A stretch of 64,000 nucleotides of DNA from Bacteroidales bacterium (GTDB lineage Bacteria; Bacteroidota; Bacteroidia; Bacteroidales; UBA932): NCBI GenBank assembly GCA_017428725.1, contig JAFRQH010000025.1:30869-94868 (forward strand), written 5' to 3'. The notes under the pieces were generated by a model, which was not told where the DNA came from, ran no database searches, and saw only the letters and a list, made by a program, of their open reading frames with translations. Positions 20,282 to 29,330 of this stretch are shown here, piece by piece. Position 1 is the first letter of the stretch, and every line of letters begins with the position of its first letter. The position numbers and the translations under genes are program-made.

Positions 20282-22216
20282 CTATTCGGTGGGTTTCCAA
20301 TAAGTTTCGAGATCCGAGGGCAGCCGCAGGTCGCCGCGCGGGGAGAGCGAGACCGAGCCGACCTTGGGGCCGTCGGGGCTGCAGGAGCGCTTGAACTGCT
20401 GCTTGAAGAAGCGCCACAGGAAGGTGCCGAGCCACTTGCGGATGGTCGGCTCGTCATAGACGCCGTCGAAGGCCTTGCGGGCCAGGAAGAGGAGTTTGTC
20501 GGGCCCTGCCCCGGAGCGGAAGAAGTGGTAGAGGAAGAAGTCGTGCAGCTCGTATGGACCGACGGTATCTTCGGTCTTCTGGGCAATCTTGCCGTCCTTG
20601 CCTGCGGGCAGCAGTTCCGGACTGATGGGCGTGTCCACAATGTCCAGCAGGGTCTTGTGGATGTCACCGGAGGCGTCGAACTTGTTGTCGGCCGCCCAGC
20701 GGACGAGCGTGCGCACGAGGGTCTTGGGGACGCTGCAATTGACCCCGTACATGGACATGTGGTCACCGTTGTAGGTGCACCAGCCGAGGGCGAGCTCGGA
20801 CAGGTCGCCCGTGCCGACGACGATGCCGCCCTCCTTCCCGGCGATATCCATGAGAAGTTGCGTGCGTTCGCGCGCCTGGCTGTTCTCGTAGGTGAGGTCG
20901 TGGTCGGACTCGTCCTGCCCGATATCGGAGAAGTGCTGCCGCACGGCGGGGACGATGGAGATTTCGCGGGCGGTGATGCCGAGTTCGCGCATCAGTTCCA
21001 GGGAATTGTCGTGCGTGCGGTGCGTGGTTCCGAAGCCGGGCATCGTGACGCCGATGATGTTCTCGCGTGGAATGCCGAGCGTGTCGAACGCCAGGGCGGT
21101 CACGAGCAGTGCCAGGGTGGAGTCCAGGCCGCCGGATACGCCGATTACGGTTTTCCGGCAGTGGATGTGCTCCAGCCGCGTGACCAGACCCGCTACCTGT
21201 GCTGCGAGGATCTCCCGGCAGCGCATGTCAAGTTCGGCCGGGTTTCCCTGCGGGACGAAGGGATGCGGCTCCACGCGGCGGAGCAGGCATGCCTCGAAAT
21301 CCGTCGGGTTGGCCTCTCCCGAATCCTGGACGCAGTAGGGCGCTACCGGCCCTTCAAAACCGAAACTGTGTTCCTTGGCGCGAAGCGTCTCCAGGCGCTC
21401 GACGTCGATGTCGGCGACGATGTATCGGCTGCCACGGGTATAGCGTTCGGCCTCCGCGAGGATGGAACCGTTCTCGCAGATCAGCGAGGATCCGGCCCAG
21501 ACGAGGTCTGTGGTGGATTCGCCTTCGGTGCAGGAACAATAGACGTAGGCGGCATAGAGCCGCGCCGAGGTAGCGCATACCAGGCTCTTGCGGTATTCGT
21601 GTTTGAAAAGGTAATCGTTGCTGGCGGACAGGTTGATCAGCAATTGTGCACCTGCGAGGGCGGCTTGCGAGCTGGGAGGAATGGGGACCCAGAGATCCTG
21701 GCAGATCTCGATGGCGGCCGTCACGTCGCCGATCCGGAAGAGCTGGCGCGTGCCCAGCAAGATGTCGTCCTGTCCGGCGTAGCGGATGCGGGCGCCGCCG
21801 AAGGGGAGGGCGCGCGCCGGGGCGAACCAGCGCGGTTCATAGAACTCGTTGTTGCCGGCCAGGTAGCTCTTGGGCACGATACCGAGGATACGGCCCCCGC
21901 GCGCCGCCACGGCGCAGTTGTAGAGCCGTCCGGCATGACGCACCGGGGTGCCGATGACGATCATCGCATCCTGACGGGCAGTTTTCGCGACGATCTCGGC
22001 AACCGCCTGTTCCGCGTCGGCGAGCAGCCGGTTCTGCCCGAACAGGTCACCGCAGGTGTAGCCGGTCACGCTCAACTCCGGGAAAACGACCACGGAGGGT
22101 GCCTGATCTGAAAGTTTCCCGCAAAGGTCCATGATTTCCCGGGCATTTGCCGCCGGGTCGGCCACGTGGACGCGCGGCATCGCCGCCGCCACACGGATGA
22201 GTCCAAAGCACTTCAT
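20282..22216 (-). CDS. nadE: Glutamine-dependent NAD+ synthetase
   Basis: N-terminal nitrilase domain (FPELSVTG, VPKSYL, EICQDLW) plus SGGLDST, ENSQARER, GDLSELALG, SPELLP. Confidence 0.96.
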   Translation of the reverse strand: MKCFGLIRVAAAMPRVHVADPAANAREIMDLCGKLSDQAPSVVVFPELSVTGYTCGDLFGQNRLLADAEQAVAEIVAKTARQDAMIVIGTPVRHAGRLYNCAVAARGGRILGIVPKSYLAGNNEFYEPRWFAPARALPFGGARIRYAGQDDILLGTRQLFRIGDVTAAIEICQDLWVPIPPSSQAALAGAQLLINLSASNDYLFKHEYRKSLVCATSARLYAAYVYCSCTEGESTTDLVWAGSSLICENGSILAEAERYTRGSRYIVADIDVERLETLRAKEHSFGFEGPVAPYCVQDSGEANPTDFEACLLRRVEPHPFVPQGNPAELDMRCREILAAQVAGLVTRLEHIHCRKTVIGVSGGLDSTLALLVTALAFDTLGIPRENIIGVTMPGFGTTHRTHDNSLELMRELGITAREISIVPAVRQHFSDIGQDESDHDLTYENSQARERTQLLMDIAGKEGGIVVGTGDLSELALGWCTYNGDHMSMYGVNCSVPKTLVRTLVRWAADNKFDASGDIHKTLLDIVDTPISPELLPAGKDGKIAQKTEDTVGPYELHDFFLYHFFRSGAGPDKLLFLARKAFDGVYDEPTIRKWLGTFLWRFFKQQFKRSCSPDGPKVGSVSLSPRGDLRLPSDLETYWKPTE

Positions 22217-22358
22217 AGACGCAAATATAGCGCATTTGCGCTAGCTATGCAAACGCATTCTCTTCGGCAGTTTTTCATTTTTTTATTCTCGATTACGCAC
22301 TTATTCGCGTGTGGCGGTCGGCTCGAGGAGAAGGACTGCAAAAAAGTGAAAAAAAGTA

Positions 22359-22388
22359 TTGCATTAATAAAATTTCTTCTTAACTTGC
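22359..22388 (+). promoter_or_regulatory. Probable promoter of the glnA leader (-33 TTG, 19-nt spacer, variant -7 TAACTTGC)
   Basis: TTG at 22359-22361 and TAACTTGC at 22381-22388 with Bacteroidota-like spacing; the -7 element deviates from TAnnTTTG. Confidence 0.45.
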
Positions 22389-22412
22389 GATCGAATTTTT
22401 GGTTAAAAAGTA

Positions 22413-22487
22413 GTGAAACACAATCGCAATAATCAGCAGAATCAGTCCTGGAACCAGCAGTCCCAGGTTGTTTCTCTGTGCGTATAA
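22413..22487 (+). CDS. Gln/Asn-rich leader peptide of a putative glnA attenuator (24 aa, MKHNRNNQQNQSWNQQSQVVSLCV)
   Basis: GTG start after an A-rich tract with an in-frame TAA just upstream; 6 CAG (Gln) and 5 Asn codons in residues 4-18; followed by alternative hairpins and a terminator; not in the ORF track. Confidence 0.78.
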   Translation: MKHNRNNQQNQSWNQQSQVVSLCV

Positions 22488-22532
22488 CTCCAGCCGTATG
22501 CGGCACATTATTGAGAAATAACAGAAGATAAT

Positions 22533-22573
22533 AGAGAGGCTGGTCCCGACGGGATCAGCCTCTCTGGCTTTTT
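22533..22573 (+). terminator. Attenuator terminator hairpin upstream of glnA
   Basis: 15-bp stem AGAGAGGCTGGTCCC-gac-GGGATCAGCCTCTCT (one G-U) followed by GGCTTTTT; 42 nt before the glnA ATG, on the same strand. Confidence 0.85.
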
Positions 22574-22615
22574 GATTAAAAGATAACAGTTAGTTTAACA
22601 AATAGTGTATTTATT

Positions 22616-24790
22616 ATGGACAGAATCGATTTAGTCAAGGAATCCTTCGAGAGGAAAGAGGTTCCGGCAGACGTTCCCGCTGGGAAAACTTCCGAGTACT
22701 TCGGCGAACTTGTTTTCGACCGCAAGAAGATGTGCAAGTATCTTGATGCTGAAAGCCTCCACGCCTTGCTTGACTGCATCGAGGGCGGACACGCCCTTGA
22801 CCGCAAGACCGCCGACGGCGTGGCCCGCGGCATGAAGGAATGGGCCATGGAGCACGGCGTGACCCATGTTACCCACTGGTTCCAGCCCCTCACCGAAGGC
22901 ACCGCCGAGAAACACGACTCCCTGATCGACTACGACGGAAAAGGCGGCGTGATCGAATCCTTCGACGGCAAGATGCTCGCCCAGCAGGAGCCGGACGCCT
23001 CGTCGTTCCCCAGCGGCGGCATCCGCGCCACCTTCGAGGCTCGCGGCTACACCGCCTGGGACCCGACCTCCCCGGTCTTCATCCTGGACGACACCCTCTG
23101 TATCCCGACTGTCTTCATTTCCTATACCGGCGAGGCCCTGGACTACAAGACCCCGCTCAAGAAGGCCCTCAAGGCCGTCAGCGACGCCGCCGTGCCCATC
23201 TGCAAACTCTTCGACCCGGACGTGACCAAGGTATATTCCTATCTCGGCTGGGAGCAGGAGTACTTCCTCGTGGACGAGGCGCTCTACGCCGCCCGCACGG
23301 ACCTGATGATCACCGGCCGCACGCTCTTCGGCCACAACTCTTCGAAAAACCAGCAGCTGGACGACCACTATTTCGGTGCCATCCCTACGCGCGTGGCCAA
23401 CTTCATGCGTGACCTCGAGGTGGCCGGCCATCGTCTGGGCATCCCCATCAAGACCCGCCACAACGAGGTGGCCCCCAATCAGTTCGAGCTGGCGCCGATT
23501 TACGGCGAGACCAACCTCGCCAATGACCAGAACCAGATCGTGATGAACCTGATGGGCCGCATCGCCCGCAAGCACGGCTTCGTGGTGCTCCTGCACGAGA
23601 AGCCTTTCGACGGCGTGAACGGTTCCGGCAAGCACAACAACTGGTCGCTCGGCACGAATACGGGCACCTCGCTGCTCGCCCCGGGCAAGGACGCCAAGGG
23701 CAACCTGCAGTTCGTTACCTTCTTCGTGAACGTGCTCGCAGCCGTGCAGAAGCACAACGCCCTGCTGAAGGCTTCCATCGCCAGCGCGACCAACGCCCAC
23801 CGTCTGGGTGCCAACGAGGCCCCGCCCGCCATCGTGTCCGCCTTCCTGGGCCGCACGATGACCGAGGTGCTGCACAAACTCCTCGAGGTTCCTTCCGACA
23901 CCCCGATCGAGATTGCCGGCAAGAAGGGCAAGAGCGTCGGCCTGGTGGAGATTCCGGAGATCTTCGTGGACAACACCGACCGCAACCGCACCTCGCCGTT
24001 CGCCTTCACCGGCAACCGTTTCGAGTTCCGCGCCGTGGGTTCCTGCGCCAACTGCGCCGGGGCGATGACGACGCTGAACGCCGCCGTAGCCGAGCAGCTC
24101 ATCGAGTTCAAGGCCGCCGTTGAGAAGGAACTTGCCGCCGGCAAGGCCACCAACGTGGCCCTGATGGACGCCCTCAAGCCCATCATCAGGTCCATCCTGA
24201 ACGTGGTCTGCTTCGACGGCAACGGCTACACCGAGGAATGGAAGAAAGAGGCGGCGCGCCGCGGCCTCGACATCGAGACAAACGTGCCGAAGATGTTCTG
24301 CGAGTTCACCAAGCCCGCCGCTGTGGAGATGTTCACCAAGACCGGCGTCTATACGCAGAAGGAACTCGAGGCCCGCAACGAGGTGAAGTGGGAGACCTAT
24401 ACCAAGAAGGTCCAGATCGAGTCCCGCGTGATGGTGCGCATGGCCCTGAACCACATCATCCCCGCCGCCCTCGAGTACAAGGCCAAGCTCCTGCAGGAAC
24501 TGACCTTGGCGAAGGGCATCTACGGCAACCTGGACGGCTGTACCACCGAACTGCGCATCCTCGACGATATCAACAAATACGTGGAGGAGGTGCGCGTGAA
24601 GGCGACGGCCATGAAGGAGGCCCGCAAGGCTGCGAACATGATCGAAGGCGAATACGAAAAGGCCCTGGCCTATCACGAGATCGCCGAAAGCCTCTTTGCA
24701 TTGCGCCGCCCGATCGACAAGCTTGAAGAGGTCGTCGACAACAAGATGTGGCCGCTTCCGAAGTACCGCGAACTGCTGTTCATCAGCTAG
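22616..24790 (+). CDS. glnA: Glutamine synthetase type III
   Basis: 724 aa; THWFQPLT..TAEKHD, EPDASSFPSGG, GWEQEYF, HNEVAPNQFE, NGSGKHNNWS, DRNRTSPFAFTGNRFEFR. Confidence 0.97.
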   Translation: MDRIDLVKESFERKEVPADVPAGKTSEYFGELVFDRKKMCKYLDAESLHALLDCIEGGHALDRKTADGVARGMKEWAMEHGVTHVTHWFQPLTEGTAEKHDSLIDYDGKGGVIESFDGKMLAQQEPDASSFPSGGIRATFEARGYTAWDPTSPVFILDDTLCIPTVFISYTGEALDYKTPLKKALKAVSDAAVPICKLFDPDVTKVYSYLGWEQEYFLVDEALYAARTDLMITGRTLFGHNSSKNQQLDDHYFGAIPTRVANFMRDLEVAGHRLGIPIKTRHNEVAPNQFELAPIYGETNLANDQNQIVMNLMGRIARKHGFVVLLHEKPFDGVNGSGKHNNWSLGTNTGTSLLAPGKDAKGNLQFVTFFVNVLAAVQKHNALLKASIASATNAHRLGANEAPPAIVSAFLGRTMTEVLHKLLEVPSDTPIEIAGKKGKSVGLVEIPEIFVDNTDRNRTSPFAFTGNRFEFRAVGSCANCAGAMTTLNAAVAEQLIEFKAAVEKELAAGKATNVALMDALKPIIRSILNVVCFDGNGYTEEWKKEAARRGLDIETNVPKMFCEFTKPAAVEMFTKTGVYTQKELEARNEVKWETYTKKVQIESRVMVRMALNHIIPAALEYKAKLLQELTLAKGIYGNLDGCTTELRILDDINKYVEEVRVKATAMKEARKAANMIEGEYEKALAYHEIAESLFALRRPIDKLEEVVDNKMWPLPKYRELLFIS

Positions 24791-24845
24791 GGAGCGGTAC
24801 TTCCTTTTTATAGCGTTGGTTAGTAGAATTATCAGTTAGAAGTCA

Positions 24846-27800
24846 ATGTCTGACGGTTTATATAATCCGGCATCGGAACACGATGCCTGCGGGGTCGGTA
24901 TGGTCGTAAACATCCGCGGCGACAAGACCCACGAGCTGGTGGACAACGCCCTGACCGTGCTCGAGAACATGAGCCACCGCGGCGCCGAGGGCGCAGACGG
25001 CAAGTCGGGCGACGGCGCCGGAATCATGCTGCAGATCCCGCACGAATTCATTCTCCTGCAGGGCATTCCCGTCCCGGAAAAAGGACGCTACGGCACCGGC
25101 CTGGTGTTCCTGCCCAAGGAAGCGGCCAAGCGGGAGCGCATCCTGGACTGCATCAGGAACGAAGTCGAACACGAGGGCTGCGTGCTCAGCCACGTCCGCG
25201 AGGTGCCGGTGAACTCCGCCTGCCTCGGCGAGGAGGCGGCAAAGGGCGAACCCTTCACGGTGCAGATCTTCGTGACCAGTGCGGAATTCATCGAGGAGGC
25301 GGACTTCGAATGCAAACTTTACCGCATCCGCAAACACGTTGAAAGGCTGGGGGAGGACGGCTACATCTGCTCCTTGTCCACGCGCAACATCGTATACAAG
25401 GGGATGCTCACCAGCCGCCAGCTGCGAGAGTATTATACCGACCTCACGAGCCAGTGGTTCACGAGCGCGATGGCGATCGTCCACTCCCGCTTTTCTACGA
25501 ATACCTTCCCGCAGTGGAGCCTGGCCCAGCCCTTCCGCATGCTCTGCCACAACGGCGAGATCAACACCATCCGGGGCAACCGGAGCTGGATGCAGGCCCG
25601 CCAGAGCGTGCTGAACTCGGGGGCGCTGGGCGATATCAGCGACATCACGCCCATCATCCAGCCGGATATGAGCGACTCGGCCAGCCTGGACAACGCGCTG
25701 GAATTCCTGACCCGGAGCGGGCTCAGCCTGCCGCAGGCCGTCTCCGTGCTGATGCCGGAGAGTTTTGACGGCACGAATCCTATCTCGGAGGACCTGCGCG
25801 CCTTCTATGAATACCATTCCATCCTGATGGAGCCCTGGGACGGTCCGGCCACGCTGCTCTTCAGCGACGGCCGTTACGCCGGCGGCATCTTGGACCGCAA
25901 CGGCCTGCGTCCCGGCCGATACACCATCACCAAGCGCGGCATGCTGGTCGTCGCGAGCGAGGTGGGCGTGCTGGACTTCGACCCCACTGAAATCGAGTGC
26001 AAGGGCCGCTTGGAACCGGGCAAGATGCTGTTGGTGGACACCAAGGAAGGCAAGATATGGTACGACGCCGAGATTAAGGAACAGCTGGCCAGGGAGCATC
26101 CCTACCGCAAGTGGCTGGCCGCGGGACGCATCCAGCTGGAGGACCTGCACAGCGGCCGCCGGATCGAGCACAACGAAGCCGACCTGCTGCACAAGGAACT
26201 CCTGTTCGGCTGCACGGCGGAAGATGTGGAAAACTGCCTCAAGCCGATGTGCCTGCGGGGCATCGAGGCAACCTCTTCAATGGGCAACGATACGCCGCTG
26301 GCCGTGCTGACGGAACGCCCGCAGAGCTTCTTCAACTATTTCCGGCAGCAGTTCGCCCAGGTGACCAACCCGCCCATCGACTCCATCCGTGAGCAGATGG
26401 TGATGTCGCTGTTCGAGTACATCGGACGCGTGGGGACCGGCATCCTGACCCCGGACGAAGAGAACTGCAAGATGGTCCGCCTGCCGCACCCGATCCTGAC
26501 CAATACGCAGCTGGACCTGCTCTGCAACATCCGGTACAAGGGCTTCAACACCGTCAAGCTGCCCATCCTGTTCGAATGTGCGGCGGATTCCGCCGCCGCG
26601 GCGTCGAACCTTCGCCGGGCTCTGAGCAACCTCTGCCGCAAGGCGGAGAAGTGCGTGGACGACGGTGTGAACTACATCATCCTGTCCGACCGTGAAGTGG
26701 ATGAGAACCACGCCCCGATTCCCTCGTTGCTGGCCGTGAGTGCGGTGCATCACCATCTGATCGCCACCGGCAAGCGCGTGCAGACGGCGCTGATCGTCGA
26801 GAGCGGGGAAATCCGCGAGACGATGCACGCCGCTCTGCTGCTCGGTTACGGCGCCTCGGCCATCAACCCGTACCTGTCCTTCGCCATCATCTCCAGCCTG
26901 GCGCACGGCGGAAAACTGCAGCTGAACTACGCCACGGCCCGCACCAATTACATCGAAGCGATGAAGAAGGGCCTGCTGAAGATCATGGCCAAGATGGGCA
27001 TCTCCACCATCCGCTCCTACCGCGGGGCCAAGATCTTCGAGAGTATCGGCTTGGAAGAGGGACTGCTGCGCGAGTACTTCGGCACGGAGACTTCGACTAT
27101 CGGCGGCATCGGCCTGGAGACCATTGCCCGCGACGCGATGTGGTTCCATGCGCAGGCTTATAAGGACGCTCCCATGACGGACTTCCTGCCCAACGTCGGA
27201 CAGTTCCATTACCGTAAAGGTGGTATCCCGCACGCGTGGAATCCCGAGACGATCTCCACCCTGCAGATTGCCACGCGCCTGGGCAGCTACAGGAAATTCA
27301 AGGAATTCACCGCCGCCGTGGACGGAAAGGAGGACCTCATCTTCCTGCGCGACCTGCTGGACTTCAAGCGGGGCAAAGCCGTTCCCATCGACGAGGTGGA
27401 GAGCGTGGAAGACATCGTCCGGCGCTTCGTGGTCAGCGCCATGAGTTTCGGTGCGCTGAGCATCGAGGCCCACGAGGCCATCGCGCTGGCGATGAACCGC
27501 CTGGGCACACGCTCGAACACCGGCGAGGGCGGGGAAGACAGTGCCCGTTACCACAGCGACGTGGACGGCGTCTCGCTGTCCAGCAAGACCAAGCAGGTGG
27601 CTTCCGGACGCTTCGGCGTCACGGCGGAATACCTCGTCAACGCCGAGGAAATCCAAATCAAGGTCGCCCAGGGCGCCAAGCCCGGCGAGGGCGGCCAGCT
27701 GCCGGGATTCAAGGTCAACGCCATCATCGCGAAGACCCGCAACTCCATCCCGGGCATTACCCTGATTTCCCCGCCGCCGCACCATGACATCTACTCCATC

Positions 27801-29324
27801 GAAGACCTCTCCCAACTGATCTTCGACCTCAAGAACGTCAATCCGGCCGCCGCCATCAGCGTGAAGCTGGTGTCGGAAAGCGGCGTGGGCACGATTGCTG
27901 CCGGCGTGGCGAAAGCCAAGGCAGACCTGATCGTCGTGTCCGGTGCCGAGGGCGGCACGGGCGCATCGCCGGCCTCTTCGATGCGTTTCGCCGGTATCAG
28001 CCCGGAAATCGGTCTTGCGGAGGCGCAGCAGACGCTGGTCCGGAACGGCCTGCGCGGATCGGTACGCCTGCAGGTGGACGGCCAACTGAAGACCGGACGG
28101 GATGTCGTCCTGCTCGCACTGCTGGGCGCCGACGAATTCGGCTTCGGCACCCTGCCGCTGATCGTGCTCGGCTGCGTGATGATGCGCAAGTGCAGCCTGA
28201 ACACCTGTCCCACGGGAGTAGCCACGCAGGATCCCGAGCTGCGCAAACACTTCCTCGGCAAGGCGGACTTTCTGGTGAACTACTTCACCTACCTGGCACA
28301 GGAGGTGCGCGAATACCTTTCGGAAATGGGCTTTACGAAGTTCTCCGACATCGTCGGGCACACTGAACTGCTGGTGCGCAAGACCGCCGCGCCGGCTTCC
28401 AAGGCCGCCCGTGTGGACCTGTCCCGGCTGCTTTTCCAGGAGCAAGGCGTGCTCTGCTGGGCCGGTGGCCCGCTGCATGAATTGCCGCCCGTGCTGGACC
28501 GTGAGATCATCAAATCGGCGCAGCCCGCCATCGAGTGGCAGGAGGAGATCAGCCTGGAGTATCCCATCGCGAATACCGACCGGGCCGTGTGTACGATGCT
28601 CAGCGGCCGGATCGCCGCCAAGTACGGCACCGAAGGCCTGCCGGACTCCACCATCAACATCAAGTTCAAGGGTTCGGCCGGGCAAAGCTTCTGCGCCTTC
28701 CTCGCGGGCGGCGTGAACGTGCGCCTGGAAGGTGAGGCCAACGATTACGTGGGCAAGGGCCTGAGCGGCGGCCGGGTGGCCATCCGGCCATCTTCACGCG
28801 CGACCTTCAAGGCGGAGGAGAATATCATCGCGGGCAACACCTGCCTGTACGGAGCCACGGGCGGCGAGATGTATATTGCCGGCCGGGCGGGTCAGCGTTT
28901 CGCCGTACGCAATTCCGGCGCGCGCGCCGTCGTCGAAGGCGCGGGCGACCATTGTTGCGAATATATGACCGGCGGACGCGTGGTCGTCCTGGGGCCCGTG
29001 GGACGCAACTTCGCCGCCGGTATGTCCGGAGGCGTGGCTTATGTCTATGACCCGGAACACGTGTTCGACTACTACTGCAACCTCGACATGGTCGAGATTT
29101 CGCTGGTGGACGACAAGCTGGACCGCAAGGAACTGCACGAACTGATCCGCCAGCACTACCTCTACACCGGCTCCGTCCATGCCCGGACGCTGCTGGACGA
29201 CTGGACCCGTTCCGTGGACGACTTCATCAAGGTCATCCCGATCGAATATAAGCATGTCCTCGAGCAGGAGCGCCTGCGCGCCCTGGAGGAAAAGATGCAG
29301 CAGCACCTCCAAATCCAATACTGA
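24846..29324 (+). CDS. gltB: Glutamate synthase large subunit
   Basis: HDACGVG propeptide/Ntn Cys, HSRFSTNT, HNGEINT, AQGAKPGEGGQL, CSLNTCPTGV cluster motif, GXGXG C-terminal domain. Confidence 0.98.
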   Translation: MSDGLYNPASEHDACGVGMVVNIRGDKTHELVDNALTVLENMSHRGAEGADGKSGDGAGIMLQIPHEFILLQGIPVPEKGRYGTGLVFLPKEAAKRERILDCIRNEVEHEGCVLSHVREVPVNSACLGEEAAKGEPFTVQIFVTSAEFIEEADFECKLYRIRKHVERLGEDGYICSLSTRNIVYKGMLTSRQLREYYTDLTSQWFTSAMAIVHSRFSTNTFPQWSLAQPFRMLCHNGEINTIRGNRSWMQARQSVLNSGALGDISDITPIIQPDMSDSASLDNALEFLTRSGLSLPQAVSVLMPESFDGTNPISEDLRAFYEYHSILMEPWDGPATLLFSDGRYAGGILDRNGLRPGRYTITKRGMLVVASEVGVLDFDPTEIECKGRLEPGKMLLVDTKEGKIWYDAEIKEQLAREHPYRKWLAAGRIQLEDLHSGRRIEHNEADLLHKELLFGCTAEDVENCLKPMCLRGIEATSSMGNDTPLAVLTERPQSFFNYFRQQFAQVTNPPIDSIREQMVMSLFEYIGRVGTGILTPDEENCKMVRLPHPILTNTQLDLLCNIRYKGFNTVKLPILFECAADSAAAASNLRRALSNLCRKAEKCVDDGVNYIILSDREVDENHAPIPSLLAVSAVHHHLIATGKRVQTALIVESGEIRETMHAALLLGYGASAINPYLSFAIISSLAHGGKLQLNYATARTNYIEAMKKGLLKIMAKMGISTIRSYRGAKIFESIGLEEGLLREYFGTETSTIGGIGLETIARDAMWFHAQAYKDAPMTDFLPNVGQFHYRKGGIPHAWNPETISTLQIATRLGSYRKFKEFTAAVDGKEDLIFLRDLLDFKRGKAVPIDEVESVEDIVRRFVVSAMSFGALSIEAHEAIALAMNRLGTRSNTGEGGEDSARYHSDVDGVSLSSKTKQVASGRFGVTAEYLVNAEEIQIKVAQGAKPGEGGQLPGFKVNAIIAKTRNSIPGITLISPPPHHDIYSIEDLSQLIFDLKNVNPAAAISVKLVSESGVGTIAAGVAKAKADLIVVSGAEGGTGASPASSMRFAGISPEIGLAEAQQTLVRNGLRGSVRLQVDGQLKTGRDVVLLALLGADEFGFGTLPLIVLGCVMMRKCSLNTCPTGVATQDPELRKHFLGKADFLVNYFTYLAQEVREYLSEMGFTKFSDIVGHTELLVRKTAAPASKAARVDLSRLLFQEQGVLCWAGGPLHELPPVLDREIIKSAQPAIEWQEEISLEYPIANTDRAVCTMLSGRIAAKYGTEGLPDSTINIKFKGSAGQSFCAFLAGGVNVRLEGEANDYVGKGLSGGRVAIRPSSRATFKAEENIIAGNTCLYGATGGEMYIAGRAGQRFAVRNSGARAVVEGAGDHCCEYMTGGRVVVLGPVGRNFAAGMSGGVAYVYDPEHVFDYYCNLDMVEISLVDDKLDRKELHELIRQHYLYTGSVHARTLLDDWTRSVDDFIKVIPIEYKHVLEQERLRALEEKMQQHLQIQY

Positions 29325-29330
29325 CGCCTT

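Noticed and set aside
22350-22390. Sigma54 (-24/-12) promoter for glnA, suggested by TTGC
   Set aside because: No GG at the -24 position; the same holds for the TTGC at ~34063
22413-22573. glnA (glutamine) riboswitch or T-box as the explanation of the glnA leader
   Set aside because: No T-box consensus or recognisable glnA-motif junction was seen; the Q/N-codon ORF with alternative hairpins fits attenuation better. An Rfam scan was not run
24789-24809. Small hairpin plus T tract between glnA and gltB
   Set aside because: Only 6 bp with one G-U pair; too weak to call a terminator
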